NCBI RefSeq assembly: GCF_009914755.1
Contig: NC_060929.1
Strand: one strand, 5' to 3'
From: the human T2T-CHM13v2.0 reference genome, Homo sapiens
DNA: 64,000 nt
The position numbers and the translations under genes are program-made. How positions within the stretch are numbered: position 1 is the first letter of the stretch; each line of letters begins with the position of its first letter. Under the pieces are notes generated by a model, which worked only from the letters and a program-made list of their open reading frames with translations, was not told where the DNA came from and searched no databases. Shown here in pieces: positions 12,917 to 26,192 of the stretch.

Positions 12917-15717
12917 TAATCCCGAGAGGACCCACAGACCCTCTGAAGGAAGTGGACTGCTCCAGTAGGACCTGAGAGAAACCCCAGATATGGTGAGTGC
13001 CCCAACTGTGGAAGTGGGAAAGGGAGAGCCTCCTCTCCTGAACACACACTCGCATTGGAGAAAATGAAGGTATGTTTGCAGGAGAAGTTTCCAACTTTAC
13101 CTGGAGCGGAGTCAATTTAGAGAGCTGAGTGAAATACAGGGGTAGAGGAAGCAGCAGAAAGACCCTGGAAGCTTGCTGGGTCTCCAGGCAGGCCATTCCT
13201 GCCTGGCACCACAGGTATCCATTGGGAGGGCAACCAGAGGAGCACGGGGGAGACACTGCAGGGAGAAGAAAATCTCTAGCTGCATTTTGTAACAATTTGA
13301 ACAGGGTGAGAAGCCTCTTGGCCAGAACTCGGGGGAGGGTGCAAATCCAGTGTGCAGACTCCACAGGCAGGGGAAGAGCCAACCCCTTTTCTTTCGCAGC
13401 TGGGAGGCAGGTAGCCTGGGGCAAGTTGTCAAGCCCTGCTTGCCTACTGCCTGGAAACAGACTCGGGACTGTTGAGGGGGCACCGTGGGAGTGAGACTGG
13501 CCCTTTGGTTTGCGTGGGAGCTAGGTGAGGCCTGTGACTGCCGGCTTTTCCCTGCTTCCCTGAAAACCTGCATGACTCAGCAGAGGCAGCGGTAATCCTC
13601 CTAGGTACACAACTCCATTGACCTGGGAACCTCACCCCCAGCCCCTACAGCAGCCACAGCAAGACCTACCCAAGGAGAGTCTGAGCTCAGACACGCCTAG
13701 CCTTGCCCCTACCTGATCATCCTTCCCTACCCACCCTGGTAGCTGAAGACAAAGGGCATATAATCTTGGGAGTTCTAGGGCCCCACCTGCCACTGGTTCC
13801 TCTCCATACTACCATAGCTGATGCTCTCTAGAAAGCGTGACCTCCTGGCAGGAGGCCAACCAGCACAAAAATAGAGCATTAAATCACCAAAGCTAAGAAC
13901 CTTCATTGAGTCCATCGTAGCCACCTGCTATCTCCACTGGCACAGATACTGGTATCTATGGCTGAGAGACCCATAGAGGGTTCACATCACAGGACTCTGC
14001 ACAGACAACCCTCAGTACTAGCCCAGAGCTGGGTAGATTTGCTGGGAGGCTAGACCCAGAAGAGAGACAACAATCACTGCAGTTCAACTCACAGGAAGCC
14101 ACATCCATTAAAAAAAAAAAAAAGGTGGGGTGGGGAGAGTACTACATCAAGGGAACACCCCATGGGACAAAATAATCTGAACAACAGCCTTCATCCATAG
14201 AACTTCCCTCTGACACAGCCTACCCAAATGAGAAGGAACCAGAAAACCAACTCTGGTAATATGACAAAACAAGGCCCTTTAAAACCCTGAAAAATCATAC
14301 TATTTCACCAGCAATGGATCCAAACCAAGAAGAAATCCCTGATTTACCTGAAAAAGAATTCAGGAGGTTAGTTTTTAAGCTAATCAGGAGGCACCAGAGG
14401 AAGGCAAGGCCCAATGCAAGGAAATCCATAATATGATACAAGAAGTGAAAGGAGAAATATTGAAGGAAACAGATAGCTTCAAGAAAACGCAATCAAAAAT
14501 TTGGGAAACATTGGATACAGTTATAGCATTACAAAATCCTCTGGAAAGTCTCAGCAATTAAATTAAACAAGTAGAAGAAGGAAATTCAGAGCTCAAAGGC
14601 AAGGTCTTCAAATTAACCCAATCCAACAGAGACAAAGAATAGGAAAATATGATCAAAGCCTCCCGAGAGTCTGGGATTGTGTTAAATGACCAAACCTAAG
14701 AATAATTAGTGTTCCTGAGGAAGCAGAGAATTCTAAAAGCTTGGAAAACATATTTGGGGGAATAATCGAGGAAAACTTCCCTGGCCTTGCTAGAGATCTA
14801 GACATTCAAATACATGAAACACAAAGAACACCTGGGAAATTGATCACAAAAAGATAATCACCTAGGGACATTGTCATCAGGTTATCCAAAGTTAAGATGA
14901 TGAAAAGAATCTTAAGAGCTGTGAGATAAAAGCACAAGGTAACCTATAAAGGAAAATCTATCAGATTAACAGCAGATTTCTCAGCAGAAACCCTAAAAGC
15001 CAGAAGGAAATGGGGCCCTATCTTCAACCTCCTCAAACAAAATAATTATCAGCCAAGAATTTTGTATCCGGTGAAACTAAGCATCATATATGAAGGAAAG
15101 ATGCAGTCTTTTTCAGATGAACAAATGCTGAGAGAATTTGCCACTACTAAGCCACCACTTCAAGAACTGCTAAAAGGAGCTATAAATCTTGAAACAAATC
15201 CTAAAAACACATCAAAACAGAACCTCTTTAAAGCATAAATCACACAAGACCTATGAAACAAAAATACAAGATAAAAAGCAAAAGTACACAGGCAACAAAT
15301 AGCATGATGAATGCAATGGTATCTCACATCTCAATATTAACATTGAATGTAAATGGCCTAAATGCTCCAGTTAAAAGAAGGGATAAGATCTCACCAATAA
15401 ACCATCTTCTCCCTTCAGGAGACTCACCTAACACATTAGGACTCACATAAACTTAAAGTAAAGGGGTGGAAAAAGCCATTTCATACAAATAGACACCAAA
15501 ACAAGCAGGGGTAGCTATTCTCATATCAGACAAAACAAACTTTAAAGCAACAGCAGTTAAAAGAGACAAAGAGGGACCTTATATAAAAATAAAAGGCCCT
15601 GTTCAACAGGAAAATATCACAATCTTAAACACATATGCACCTAACACTGGAGCTCCAAAATTTATAAACCAATTACTAATAGACATAAGAAATAAGAAAG
15701 ACAGCAACAAAATAATA

Positions 15718-16344
15718 GTGGGGGACTTCAATACTCCACTGACAGCACTAGACAAGTCATCAAGACAGAAAGTCAGCAAAGAAACTATAGATTTAAACTA
15801 TACCTTGGAACAAGTGAACTTAACAGATATATATAGAAGATTTCATCTAACAACCATAGACTACACATTCTACTCAACAGTGCATAGAACTTTCTCCAAG
15901 ATAGACCATAAGATAGGCCATAAAATCAGCCTCAATAAGTTTAAGAAAATTGAAATTATATTATGCACTCTCTCAGGTCACAGTGGAATAAAACTGGAAA
16001 TCAACTCTGAAAGGAACCTTCAAAACCATGCAAATACATGGAAGCTAAATAACCTGCTCCTGAATGAGCATTGGGTCAAAAACGAAATCAAGATGGAAAT
16101 TAAAAACTTCTTCGAACTGAAAGACAATAATGACACACCTTACCAAAACCTCTGGGATACAGCAAAGGCGATGCTAAGAGGAAAGTTCATAGCCCTAAAT
16201 ATCTACATGAAAAAGACTGAAAGAGCACCAACTGACATTCTGAGGTCACAGCTCAAGGAACTAGAGAAACAAGAACAAACCAAACCCAAACCCAGCAGAA
16301 GAAAGGAAATAACCAAGATCAGAGCAGAACTAAATGAAATTTAA
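15718..16344 (+). pseudogene. L1 ORF2 endonuclease-domain fragment
   Basis: [23 protein letters not shown] and WKLNNLLLN are APE-like L1 EN motifs; the frame is bounded by stops. Confidence 0.9.
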
Positions 16345-17070
16345 ACAAAATAAAATACAAAAGATAAATGAAACAAAAATCTGGTTCTTTGAAGAGATAA
16401 AATTAATAGACCATTAGCAAGATTAACAAGAAAAGAGAGAAAATCAAAATAACCTCATTAAGAAACGAAACAGGATAAATTACAACTGATACCAATGAAA
16501 TACAAGAGATCATTCAAGGCTACTATGAACACCTTTCCACGCATAAACTAGAAAACCTAGAAGAGATGGATAAATTCCTGGAAAAATAAACCCTTCTAGC
16601 TTAAATCAGGAAGAATTAGATACCCTGAATCGACCAAGAACAAGCAGTGAGATGGAAATGGAAATTTAAAAATTATCAGCAAGAAAGCATCCAGGAACAG
16701 ACGGGTCCACAGCAGAATTCTACCAGACATTCAAAGAAGAATTGGTACCAATCCTTTTGACACTATTCCACAAGATAGGGAAAGAAGGAACCCTCCCTAA
16801 TTCGTTCTATGAAACCAGCATCAGCCTAATACCAAAACCAGGAAAGGACATAATCAAAAAAGAAAACTACATACTGATATCCTTGATGAACATATATACT
16901 AAAATCCTTAACAAAATATTAGCTAACTGAACCCAGCAACATATCAAAAAGGTAATCCACCATGATCAAGTGGGTTTCATACCAGGGATGCAGGGATGGC
17001 TTAACATATGCAAGTGAATAAATGTGATACACCACATAAAAAGAATAAAAAACAAAAATCATGTGATCAT

Positions 17071-19362
17071 TGTATTAGTCTGTTTTCATGCTGCTGATAA
17101 AGGCATACCTGAGATTGGGAAGAAACAGAGGTTTAATTGGACTTACACTTCCACATGGCTGCGGAGGTCTCAGAATCAGGCTGGGAGGGGAAAGGCACTT
17201 CTTAAATGGCAGCAGCAAGAGAAAATGAGGAAGAAGCAAAAGTGGAAACACCTGATAAACCCAGCAGATCTCATGAGACTTATTCACTGTCACGAGATAG
17301 CACAGGAAAGACCAGTCCCCTTGATTCAATTACCTTCCCCTGGGTCTCTCCCACAACACATAGGAATTCTGAGAGATACAATTCAAGTTGAGATTCGGGT
17401 GGGGACAGAGTCAAACCCTATCATTCGATCCCTGGCCCCTCCAAATCTCATGTCCTTCCATTTTAAAACCAATCATGCCTTCCCAACAGTCCCATAAAGT
17501 CTTAATTCATTTCAACACTAACCCAAAAGTCCACAGCCCAAAATCTCATCTGAGATGAGGCAAGTCCCTTGCGCCTATGAGCCTGTAAAATCAAAAACAA
17601 GCTAGGTACTTCCTAGATACAATGGGGGTACAGGTATTGGGTAAATACAGCCATTCCAAATGGGAGATATTGGCCAAAACAAAGGGGTTACAGAGCCCAT
17701 GCAAGTCCAAAATCCAACAGGACAGTGAGATTTTAAAGCTCCAAAATGATCTCCTTTGACTCCAGGTTTCATATCCAGGTTATATTGATGCAAGGGGTGG
17801 GTTCCCATGGTCTTGGGTAGCTCTGCCCCTGTGGCTTTGCAAGGAACAGCCTCCCTCCCGGCTGCTTTAAAGGGCTGGCATTGAATGTCTGTGGTTTTTC
17901 CAGGCCAACAGTGCAAGCTGTCAGTGGATCTACCATTCTGGGGTCTGGAGGATGGTGGCCCTCTTCTCACAGCTCCACTAGGCAGTGCCCCAGCAGGGAC
18001 TCCATTTGGGGGTTCTTACCCCACATTTCCCTTCTTCACTGCCCTAGCAGAGGTTCTCCATGAGGGCCCCTCCCCTGCAGCATACTTTTGTCTGGGCATC
18101 CGGGCATTTCCATACATCTGAAATCTTGGCAGAGGTTCCCAAACCTCAATTCTTGACTTCTGGACACCCTCAGGCTCAACACCATGTGGAAGCTTCCAAG
18201 GCTTGGGGCTTGCACCCTCTGAAGCCACAGCCTGAGCTTTACATTGGCCCCTTTCAGCCATGGCTGGAGTGGCTGGGACACAGGACACCAAGTCCCTAGG
18301 CTGCACATAGCATGGGTACCTTGGGCCTGGCCCACAAAACCACTTTTTCCTCCTGGGCCTCTGGGCCTGTGATGGGAAGGGCTGCCATGAAGGTCTCTGA
18401 CATGGCCTAGAGACATTTTCACCATGGTCTTGGGAATTAACATTAGCTTCCTTGCTGCTTAGGAAAATTTCTGCAGCCGATTTGAATTTCTCCCCAGAAA
18501 ATGGGTTTTTCTTTTCTATTGCATAGTCAGGCTGCAAATTTTCCTACTTTTATGCTCTTTCCCTTATAAAACTGAATGCTTTTAACAGTACCCTCCCAAG
18601 TCACCTCTTGAATGATTTGCTGCTTAGAAATTTCTTCCACCAGATACCCTAAATCATCTTTCTTAAGTTCAAAGTTCCACACATCTCTAGGTCACGGGCA
18701 AAATGCTGCCAGTCTCTTTGCTAAAACATAACAAGAGTTACCTTTACTCCAGTTCCCAACAAGTTCCTCATCTCCATCTGAGACCACCTCAGCCTGGACC
18801 TAATTGTCCATATTGCTATCAGCATTTTAGGCAAAGCCATTCAACAAGTCTCCAGGAAGTTCCAAACTTTCTCACATTTTCTTGTCTTCTTCTGAGCCCT
18901 CCAAACAGTTCCAGCCTCTGCCTGTTACCCAGTTCCAAAGTTGCTTCCACATTTTTGGGTATCTTTTCAGCAACACCCCACTTCTGAAACCAATTTACTG
19001 TATTTGTCTGTTTTCAAACTGCTAATAAAGACATACCTGAGACTGGAAAGAAAAAGAGGTTTAATTGGACTTATAGTTCCACATGGCTGGGGAGGCCTCA
19101 GAATCATGGCACTTGATTTCATGGAAGTGAAAGGCACTTCTTACATGGCAGTGGCAACAGAAAATGAGGAAGAAGCAAAAGTGGAAACCCCTGATAAACC
19201 CATCATATCTCTTGAGACTTATTCACTATCATGAGAATAGCACAGGAAAGACCAGGCCCATGATTCAATTACCTCCCCCTGGGTCCCTCCCACAACAGGT
19301 GGGAATTCTGGGAGATACAATTCAAGTTGAGATGTGGGTAGGGACATAACCAAACCATATTA
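17071..19362 (-). mobile_element. Complete THE1A MaLR provirus (LTR-internal-LTR)
   Basis: LTRs at 17071-17423 and 18999-19362, ~1.58 kb internal region, perfect 5-bp TSD ATCAT (17066-17070, 19363-19367). The host L1 ORF2 (KNHVII / ISIDAEKAF) resumes exactly after the TSD. A purine tract abuts the 17423 LTR on the minus strand. Confidence 0.95.
17602..18537 (-). pseudogene. THE1-internal (MaLR) ORF remnants
   Basis: ORFs 18016..18537 (IEKKNPFSGEKFKSAAEI..RPRRKKWF) and 17602..17970 (RRGPPSSRPQNGRSTDSLH) match the recalled MaLR internal ORF; the frame is broken between them. Confidence 0.8.
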
Positions 19363-20521
19363 ATCATATCAATAGATGCAGAAAAAGCATTCAACAAATT
19401 CCAGCATCACTTTATCATTAAAACTCTCAGCAAAATCAGCATACAAGGGACATACCTCAATGCAATAAAAGCCATCTATGAAAAACCCACAGCCAACATA
19501 ATACTGAATGGGGAAAAGTTGAAAGCATTCCCTCTGCTAACTGGAACAAGACAAGGATGCCTACTCTTACCACTCCTCTTCAACATAGTACTGGAAGTCC
19601 TGGCCAGAACAATCAGACAAGAGAAAGAAATAAAGGGCATCCAAATCAGTAAAAAGGAAGTCAAGCTGTCACTGATTGCTGATGACATGATCATTTACCT
19701 TGAAAACCCTAAAGACTCCTCCAGAAAGCTCCTAGAACTGATAAAATAATTCAGCAAAGTTTCCGGATACGAGATTAATGTACACAAATCAGTCATTCTT
19801 CAATACACCAACAGTGACCAGGCAGAAATTCAAATCAAGAACTCAACCCCTTTCACAATAAGTGCAAAAAATAAAATAAAATACTTAGAAATAAACCTAA
19901 CCAAGGAGTCAAAAGACCTCTACAAGGAAAACTACAAAACACTGCTGCAAGAAATCATAGATGACACAAACAAATGGAACACAAATGGAAAACCAAAGAT
20001 CGTTATGTTCTCACTGATATGTGGGAGCTAAGCTATGAGGACCAAAGGCATAAGAATTATACAATGGACTGTGGGGACTTGGGAGGAAGAGTGGGGGAGG
20101 TGTGAGGGATAAAAGACTACAAATATGGTGCAGTGTATACTGCTTAGGTGATAGGTGCACCAAAATCTCACAAATCACCACTAAAGAATTTATCGTGTAA
20201 CCAAATACCACCTGTATCCCAATAACTTATGGAAAAAATGAAATTAAATTAAAATTAAAATACCCTAAAAAAAAAAAAGAAACTTCTACTTGGATCAAAT
20301 CATTTGTAAACTTTACCTGGAAGTTTCATTTCCATAAACCAATATATTCCTTTTATTATTTAAGCCAGTTATTTATTCATCCTATTTATCATTTATTATT
20401 ATATTTTTATTACATATTATAGATATTATTGAAGGCTTTTCTGTTACTAGTACAGGAGCAATGATTTGAATCTTTAATCTCACTGGCCTCTGAAACACAT
20501 CAGCTTAGTTCTAACCTATAT

Positions 20522-21014
20522 TGGCAAAGACGTCCTTAGCGTTCCATTCAGCTTCACTAAAATTTAGACAGGCTTCTTCCCCTGACCTCCCTTTTCTTCT
20601 TAGAGCATTTGCTTTAGAAAACTTTCAGTTATAAATTTTTTCTCTTCCCCTTTGAGAAGTTAAGTCTTTTAAAACGTCGCTTTTACAACCCAGGAAGGAC
20701 CTGGAGGCTCAAGGACCTGGACCTGCCTGTAAAATGTAACTTTTAAAGGTGATAGTGCTCCTCTCTCCTAGGCTGCATAAAGGCTAGGAGCCCAACTTCA
20801 GTAATGGACAATTAGCAAGCACAGTTGCCCTCATCACATGAGCCAGTCTCCCCACCAGTGTCCTTTAGTACTTTCCACCAGCTCACCCCAGTGCTTAAAG
20901 AACCCTCCTCCCTTTTGTTCCAGGGGAGTTGAGTTCAGTCTTCCTTATTGCTAGGGCCTTGAATAAAGTCTTCTTTGCCTGTTTAACTCCATAAAGTGCG
21001 ATTTTTCTTTGATA
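20522..21014 (+). mobile_element. Solo ERV1 LTR (MER67-like)
   Basis: tttagacaggcttcttcccctgacctcccttttcttcttagagcatttgctttagaaaact..ggggagttgagttcagtc..gaataaagtcttctttgcctgtttaac. Confidence 0.75.
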
Positions 21015-22114
21015 ATGTCTTAGGATCTCCTCCTCTCAACATTCTGCTTTAGAAAACCAGACATTACAGAAAATATTCAAGACTTTCATAATAAAACATG
21101 TTTAGTTAGTATACCTTTAGTCTGACATTTCCCTGAGAAGCACACAATCTCAGCTTGTTTCAGTGAGGTGAGTGGCTTCAGTCATTCACCCGGAGAAGGG
21201 GCCAGTGTTCCCAGAATAAGTAATGCCAGCAGCACTTTCCCACTGCACCTTGTTTGGTTGGGTTTTTTCCGGTTCATTCCATGCTCTAAATTTCCTTCTC
21301 TTGGCTTTGTCCCATGCCTTTTCCTTTTAGCCCCAAAGCATTTTCTCTCTCCCAGAGCCGGGTTTTCCATCCAAGCCAGACCACCTGAAGGTTTTTCCTT
21401 GTTTATAGAAAGATAATCAGCTACATCCTCTTACACTAAGGGAGCAGACTGCTTCAAACAGAAAATGTCTTTGAAATGGCTTGCTAAAGCAGCCCAGTTT
21501 CATTGTTAGGAAAGCATGCCAGGAAGCCAAACACTTTGGTCTATTTCATTCTGAAGTATTTCCCTTGAGTGGACACAAGGCTCTAGGTAAAATTCTCAGC
21601 TGAAAACCCTTTTTTAATTTGGCTTTATTTTGTTTTACAATACTAACATGTAACCAAATAAAAATTAGAAATCAGTCTTTCAATTCAAGTTTTGCCCACA
21701 GTGACACTGGTGATCACTATCACTGAGCAAGAATCTTGAGAAGAGATAATATAATTAACCTTTAACTTTCTTGTTTCCCCAGACCACATCCTTCCACCTG
21801 GTTATCTGTGTGTTTCTATTTTGACTTCCCATAATTATTCCAAGCTCCCATCCAGAGTTCAGAAGAACTTCCTTGAAAAAATCATCAGAAAAAATAATAT
21901 AAGACAGATTCTCCTCCTCAGATCTAAGAAAACTCATTCTGAGATTGTGGATCGAATCAGATGCTTACTCTACTTCTCTCCTTGGGGGAATACTGCAGCA
22001 GATCAGCAACAGTGGCTTCCAGTGTCTCTCTTCTCTTTGTCTGCATATTGGAAGAGCTCAGTACCCCATGAGCTCTAACGAGTGAGCCACTAATGGGCTT
22101 TCTGAATGATGGCT

Positions 22115-22420
22115 ACATGATCAGACTGTTGTTCAGAATAGTTTGGGCTGTACTGTGGAAAGGGCTAGGAAGGGACAGGAATAAACTAGGAAAATCAGTT
22201 AGTGGGGTTATGTTCAGCTCAAACACGGGATGAAGGTTGCAGTAATGGCAATGGTGGTACATGAGTAGATTTTAGAAATCTTCAGTCAGAAAAAATTACT
22301 AGAATTTGATGATTAATTGGAAGTAAATGGGAGGGTGTTAGGGAGTTGGAGATTTGAAGAATGGCACCCAGGTTTCTTGCTGGAGCAACAGAGTAGAAAA
22401 TAACAGCTGACATTCACTGA
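22115..22420 (-). mobile_element. LINE-2 fragment
   Basis: acatgatcagactg..ggatgaaggttgcagtaatgg..gaatttgatgattaattggaag..ccaggtttcttgctggagcaac. Confidence 0.6.
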
Positions 22421-22840
22421 TATGTTGGATTTGTCTAGCATTGTTTTCACTAATACAACAAAATCTTGGGGTGGGTATGACTGTGAGAATTTAAAAGTGT
22501 CCATTGTTTTCAATGTGAACGAACTAAACCCAAGTAAAGGCTGGTAAGAATACAGCTACTAGAGAAGGATGGGTCATGCAAGATAAAGGAACAGGAGACA
22601 AGCAATAGGCCAGGCCCATGGTAGTCTGCTGGTTTCAGGGCACAAGTAGAGGAAGATCCTACCTAGGAAACAGGATACCTCATCCCTTATTTAAAAGGGG
22701 AAGGAGGATTGAAGGGGGAAGTTGTAGGAAGATTTCCATATTTGGTGGTGAATATTTTGGCCTAATGGTTTCTATTGCTTCTATCAAGAGGAAAGGCTAT
22801 AGTCCCATTTCATCCCAAATGCCCCCTTGATTTTCCACAT

Positions 22841-23400
22841 CAGTGGTTCTCAAACTTTTTTTGATATTGATGATCCCAAATAGCTTTTATTTATTTATGT
22901 GAGTTATATCTATCTGTATTTACCACATAAAAGATTAAAACTGAGACATTGAAAAACATTACTTTATTTAAAATAACAATAGTAAACCTGCTATGTGTTA
23001 ACATACGAACATATTTTATGAAAAAAACTTTCCAAACGAAAAAATATTTAGTGACAAGAGTGCACTGTTTTACTTTTTTCTTTCTTTCTTTCTTTCTTTT
23101 GCAAAGCTTTTTTAATACTAGGCTTAATATAAAACAGCTGGATTCTCATATCTGCTCCTGCATTTAATCTGTTGCAGTATGCTGTTTTGGTTCAAATATA
23201 TGAAGAAAACCCAGCCTTATACAGATAGCACAATTGGGAAAATAAACATTTTGCTAGCCTTACCAGATAACTGTAGATATTATTTGATATAACCAAAACT
23301 GGACAAATGGTAGATTCTGAAAGATTAGTTTCAATGAGGAATCTGAAATCATGTCAATGTACTTTCCATATTCTATTAAAATCCACTGATCTATCTGGCA
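22841..23400. mobile_element. Charlie1-type hAT DNA transposon fragment
   Basis: Terminus cagtggttctcaaacttttt; internal cagctggattctcatatctgctcctgcatttaatctgttgcagtatg and aaatggtagattctgaaagattagtt. Confidence 0.8.
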
Positions 23401-23633
23401 TCTAGTCCTGTTAGAATATATAAGGATAAGAATAAATTTAACTAAATGGTTACACTTTGATCAACACTGTCCAATTAGATTATGAAACTGAAGACACTGG
23501 CAGAGATGTAAACAAGATATCAATCTATAATAAAGCAGAAATTAGAGATAGCAGAACAAAGTATATATATCAGAATGAGAATGTGCAGAAGATCCCGGAT
23601 ATATTACAAGAGGTGGGAAGTAGTCCAAGATAG

Positions 23634-24087
23634 TGTAATGGGTTAAATTGTGTCTCCATAAAAAGATATGCTTAAGTCCTAAACCTGGCACCTGGGAATG
23701 TGGCCTTATTTGGAAATAGATTCTACAAGAATGGAATCAAATTCAGATGAGGTCCCACTATATAGAATGGGCTCCTAATCCAATAAGACTGGTGTCCTAG
23801 TAAGAAGAGGAAAATGCCATATGGAGAGTAACACACAGGGAGAACACCATATGAGAAGGAGAGATTGGAGTTATGCAGCTAGCTGCAAGCCAAAAAAAAT
23901 GCTAAGGATTGATGGCTACCACCAAAAGGTAAGGAAGAATTTTACCCATAGTCTTAGAGGTAACAGGACCCTGTTAACACTCTAATTTCTGATTTTTGGC
24001 CTCCAGCACAGTAATAGAATAAACTTCTTTTGTTTTAAGCCACCCAGCTTGTGGTATTTTGTTAGGCAGCCCTAGGAAACAAATATA
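23634..24087 (+). mobile_element. MLT1B/C solo LTR
   Basis: tgtaatgggttaaattgtgtctcc..ttatttggaaatag..ttttaagccacccagcttgtggtattttgttaggcagccctaggaaac; near-TSD gatag/gatgg. Confidence 0.88.
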
Positions 24088-24094
24088 GATGGAG

Positions 24095-24491
24095 TAGTAG
24101 AATGTATTATGTTTTTAATAACTCACCCACCTCCTTGCCATAAAATCAATCCTACCTCACCTCCTATTTCCATTTGACTTTTAATACCTGTGGGAATGAA
24201 TATACCTCATTGCTCCACAGGAGTTGAGACTGACCTCATGATTTGCTCTGGCTAATTCAATGGGAATGGAAGTGATGTACATTATATACTAGTAGAAGTT
24301 TCAAGAACCATTGGGTGTTTCTGTTAGGTCTCTTTCCTTCTGCCAGGAGAACAGAATGTTCCAGGTAGGGATCAGACCTTTAGCCGATGTATAGCTGAGA
24401 TACAACCAGCCCACATGCCACATTAGCATCATTGAAATCATTATGGAGAGATTTGTAGTGGTTTCTTACTGCAACAAAACCTAGCAAAGCT
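24095..24491 (+). mobile_element. Older MLT1 (I/J-like) LTR
   Basis: catgatttgctctggctaat..ggaagtgatg..ttccttctgccaggagaacagaatgttccag..gtttcttactgcaacaaaacctagc. Confidence 0.55.
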
Positions 24492-24922
24492 AGGGTCTCA
24501 AATCAATTCAGACAAAAAGAATTCCTCTCCATCAAGGCTAGCATTTTTGCTAGCAGATTGACATCATAATCATTAAAATAATTCTATCTATGAAGGGTGC
24601 TCTAGACATTGGCATTTAACATCTCTTTTCACGATGCCCTGGTACTCAACTGCTTATTGCAAATTACCTCTGTTTCTTTATTGTATAAAATTCAATAATA
24701 CTAACCTAGCTTACAGTTCTAGTAAACCTATTCATTTCCTATGTTACTGGTGTAATATTCTGATTCTATTTCTCACACAAATAGAGCCAAGACAGTGTTT
24801 AGTTCTCTTAGATATGGGTCGGGGATGGTGTGCACAGAGGTAACAGCTGAAAGTTATGAGAGGACCACAGGATAGCTATGTGATTTCACAGGCATATGAT
24901 GGTGGCTACATTTCCTAACTTC

Positions 24923-25235
<313 letters not shown>

Positions 25236-25452
25236 TTCCTAACTTCTTAGAACCTAAGTTCTCAAATTTGTAACAGAAAACTAATACTGCTTAATATTTG
25301 AGAAGAGGCACTAGGACCATGGAATGGATAGAGGTAGATTTTTAATATTATATTTTAAGCCCTATCCTAATAAGCTAAGCCAGTAAGTAGATTGGAAATA
25401 AACTTTAAGTACTCATGAGAAGATGGGTCATAGGATAATGTTTATGACTTCT

Positions 25453-25567
25453 GTTCACTCAACAAATATTTATTAAGAAATGTTATGGGCCAGCCATTCA
25501 TCTAGGTGCTGAAGATACAGCTGTAAACAAAGCAAACAAAACCCCCGTCTTGGGGAACTCACATTCT
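25453..25567 (-). mobile_element. LINE-2 3' end
   Basis: ttcactcaacaaatatttattaag..tctaggtgctgaagatacagctgtaaacaaag..gaactcacattct. Confidence 0.8.
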
Positions 25568-26156
25568 TGAATAAGTCATTTGTAAGTGTATTTTGTCATG
25601 AGCTCTTGAGTGCAGATTGTAGTTGTTGTTAATTGGTACTGCTACTTTTTAAAAAGTATGTATAGACTATCTTTTCTAATGTAATTCTAAGGCTCCCATA
25701 TTGCCTAATTTTTCAGTGGTATAATAACTGTAATTGGTATCAATACTAATTCAGAATTACATTAGCAGCACTGATTTTACAGTCCCCAAATGGATATAAT
25801 CAACAAAGGAAAAGTGTTTACTAAACTTTAGTTAGTCTGAAGACATAGATGATATGTTACCATTTATATAATGACACACTTTACTTACAGACAATTTGAA
25901 AGAAATGTCACTCTCTTTATTCAAATGCTACAATAGTGCAATTAAAACAAGACATTTATCTTTGAATGTGTCTTCCCTATCACTACTAATTCACTGGGTC
26001 ATTAGCTCCAACACTGTGAATAAGTTCTCACTACCCCATTCAATTTAATTAGTGTACCAGATAATATAGAAGAGCACACTTTGCACTGCAGCTAATAGTA
26101 GATAATGGCTCTCAGAAACAGAGCAATTGCCTTACTCTGTGATGGCTAAACAGGGG

Positions 26157-26192
26157 AAAAAAAAATATATATATATATATACACATACACAC
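26157..26192 (+). repeat. Compound microsatellite (A)n(TA)n(CA)n
   Basis: aaaaaaaaatatatatatatatatacacatacacac is read directly. Confidence 0.85.

Larger units (their letters stand above)
12917..20273 (+). mobile_element. Near-full-length L1PB-type LINE-1 (L1PB1/L1PBa-like), inactive; hosts THE1A and has a ~1.4 kb internal deletion
   Basis: Long GC-rich 5'UTR; ORF1 remnant from ~14228 (atgagaaggaaccagaaaacc); ORF2 EN (15718..16344) and RT pieces (16742.., 19519..); L1PB 3'UTR gatatgtgggagctaagctatgagga; poly-A; TSD aaaaaggaacttct (12903-12916) / aaaaagaaacttct (20274-20287). Confidence 0.93.

Noticed and set aside
12776-13635. Cluster of overlapping ORFs up to 202 aa on both strands
   Set aside because: They lie largely in the GC-rich L1PB 5'UTR, where stop codons are rare; no recognisable domain.
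17024-17497. 157-aa ORF that looks like a chimeric protein
   Set aside because: It is L1 ORF2 reading through the insertion junction into the antisense THE1A LTR, with a non-ATG start.
20235-20273. L1PB tail interrupted by taccct as a possible 3' transduction
   Set aside because: Too short to distinguish from ordinary decay of an old poly-A tail.
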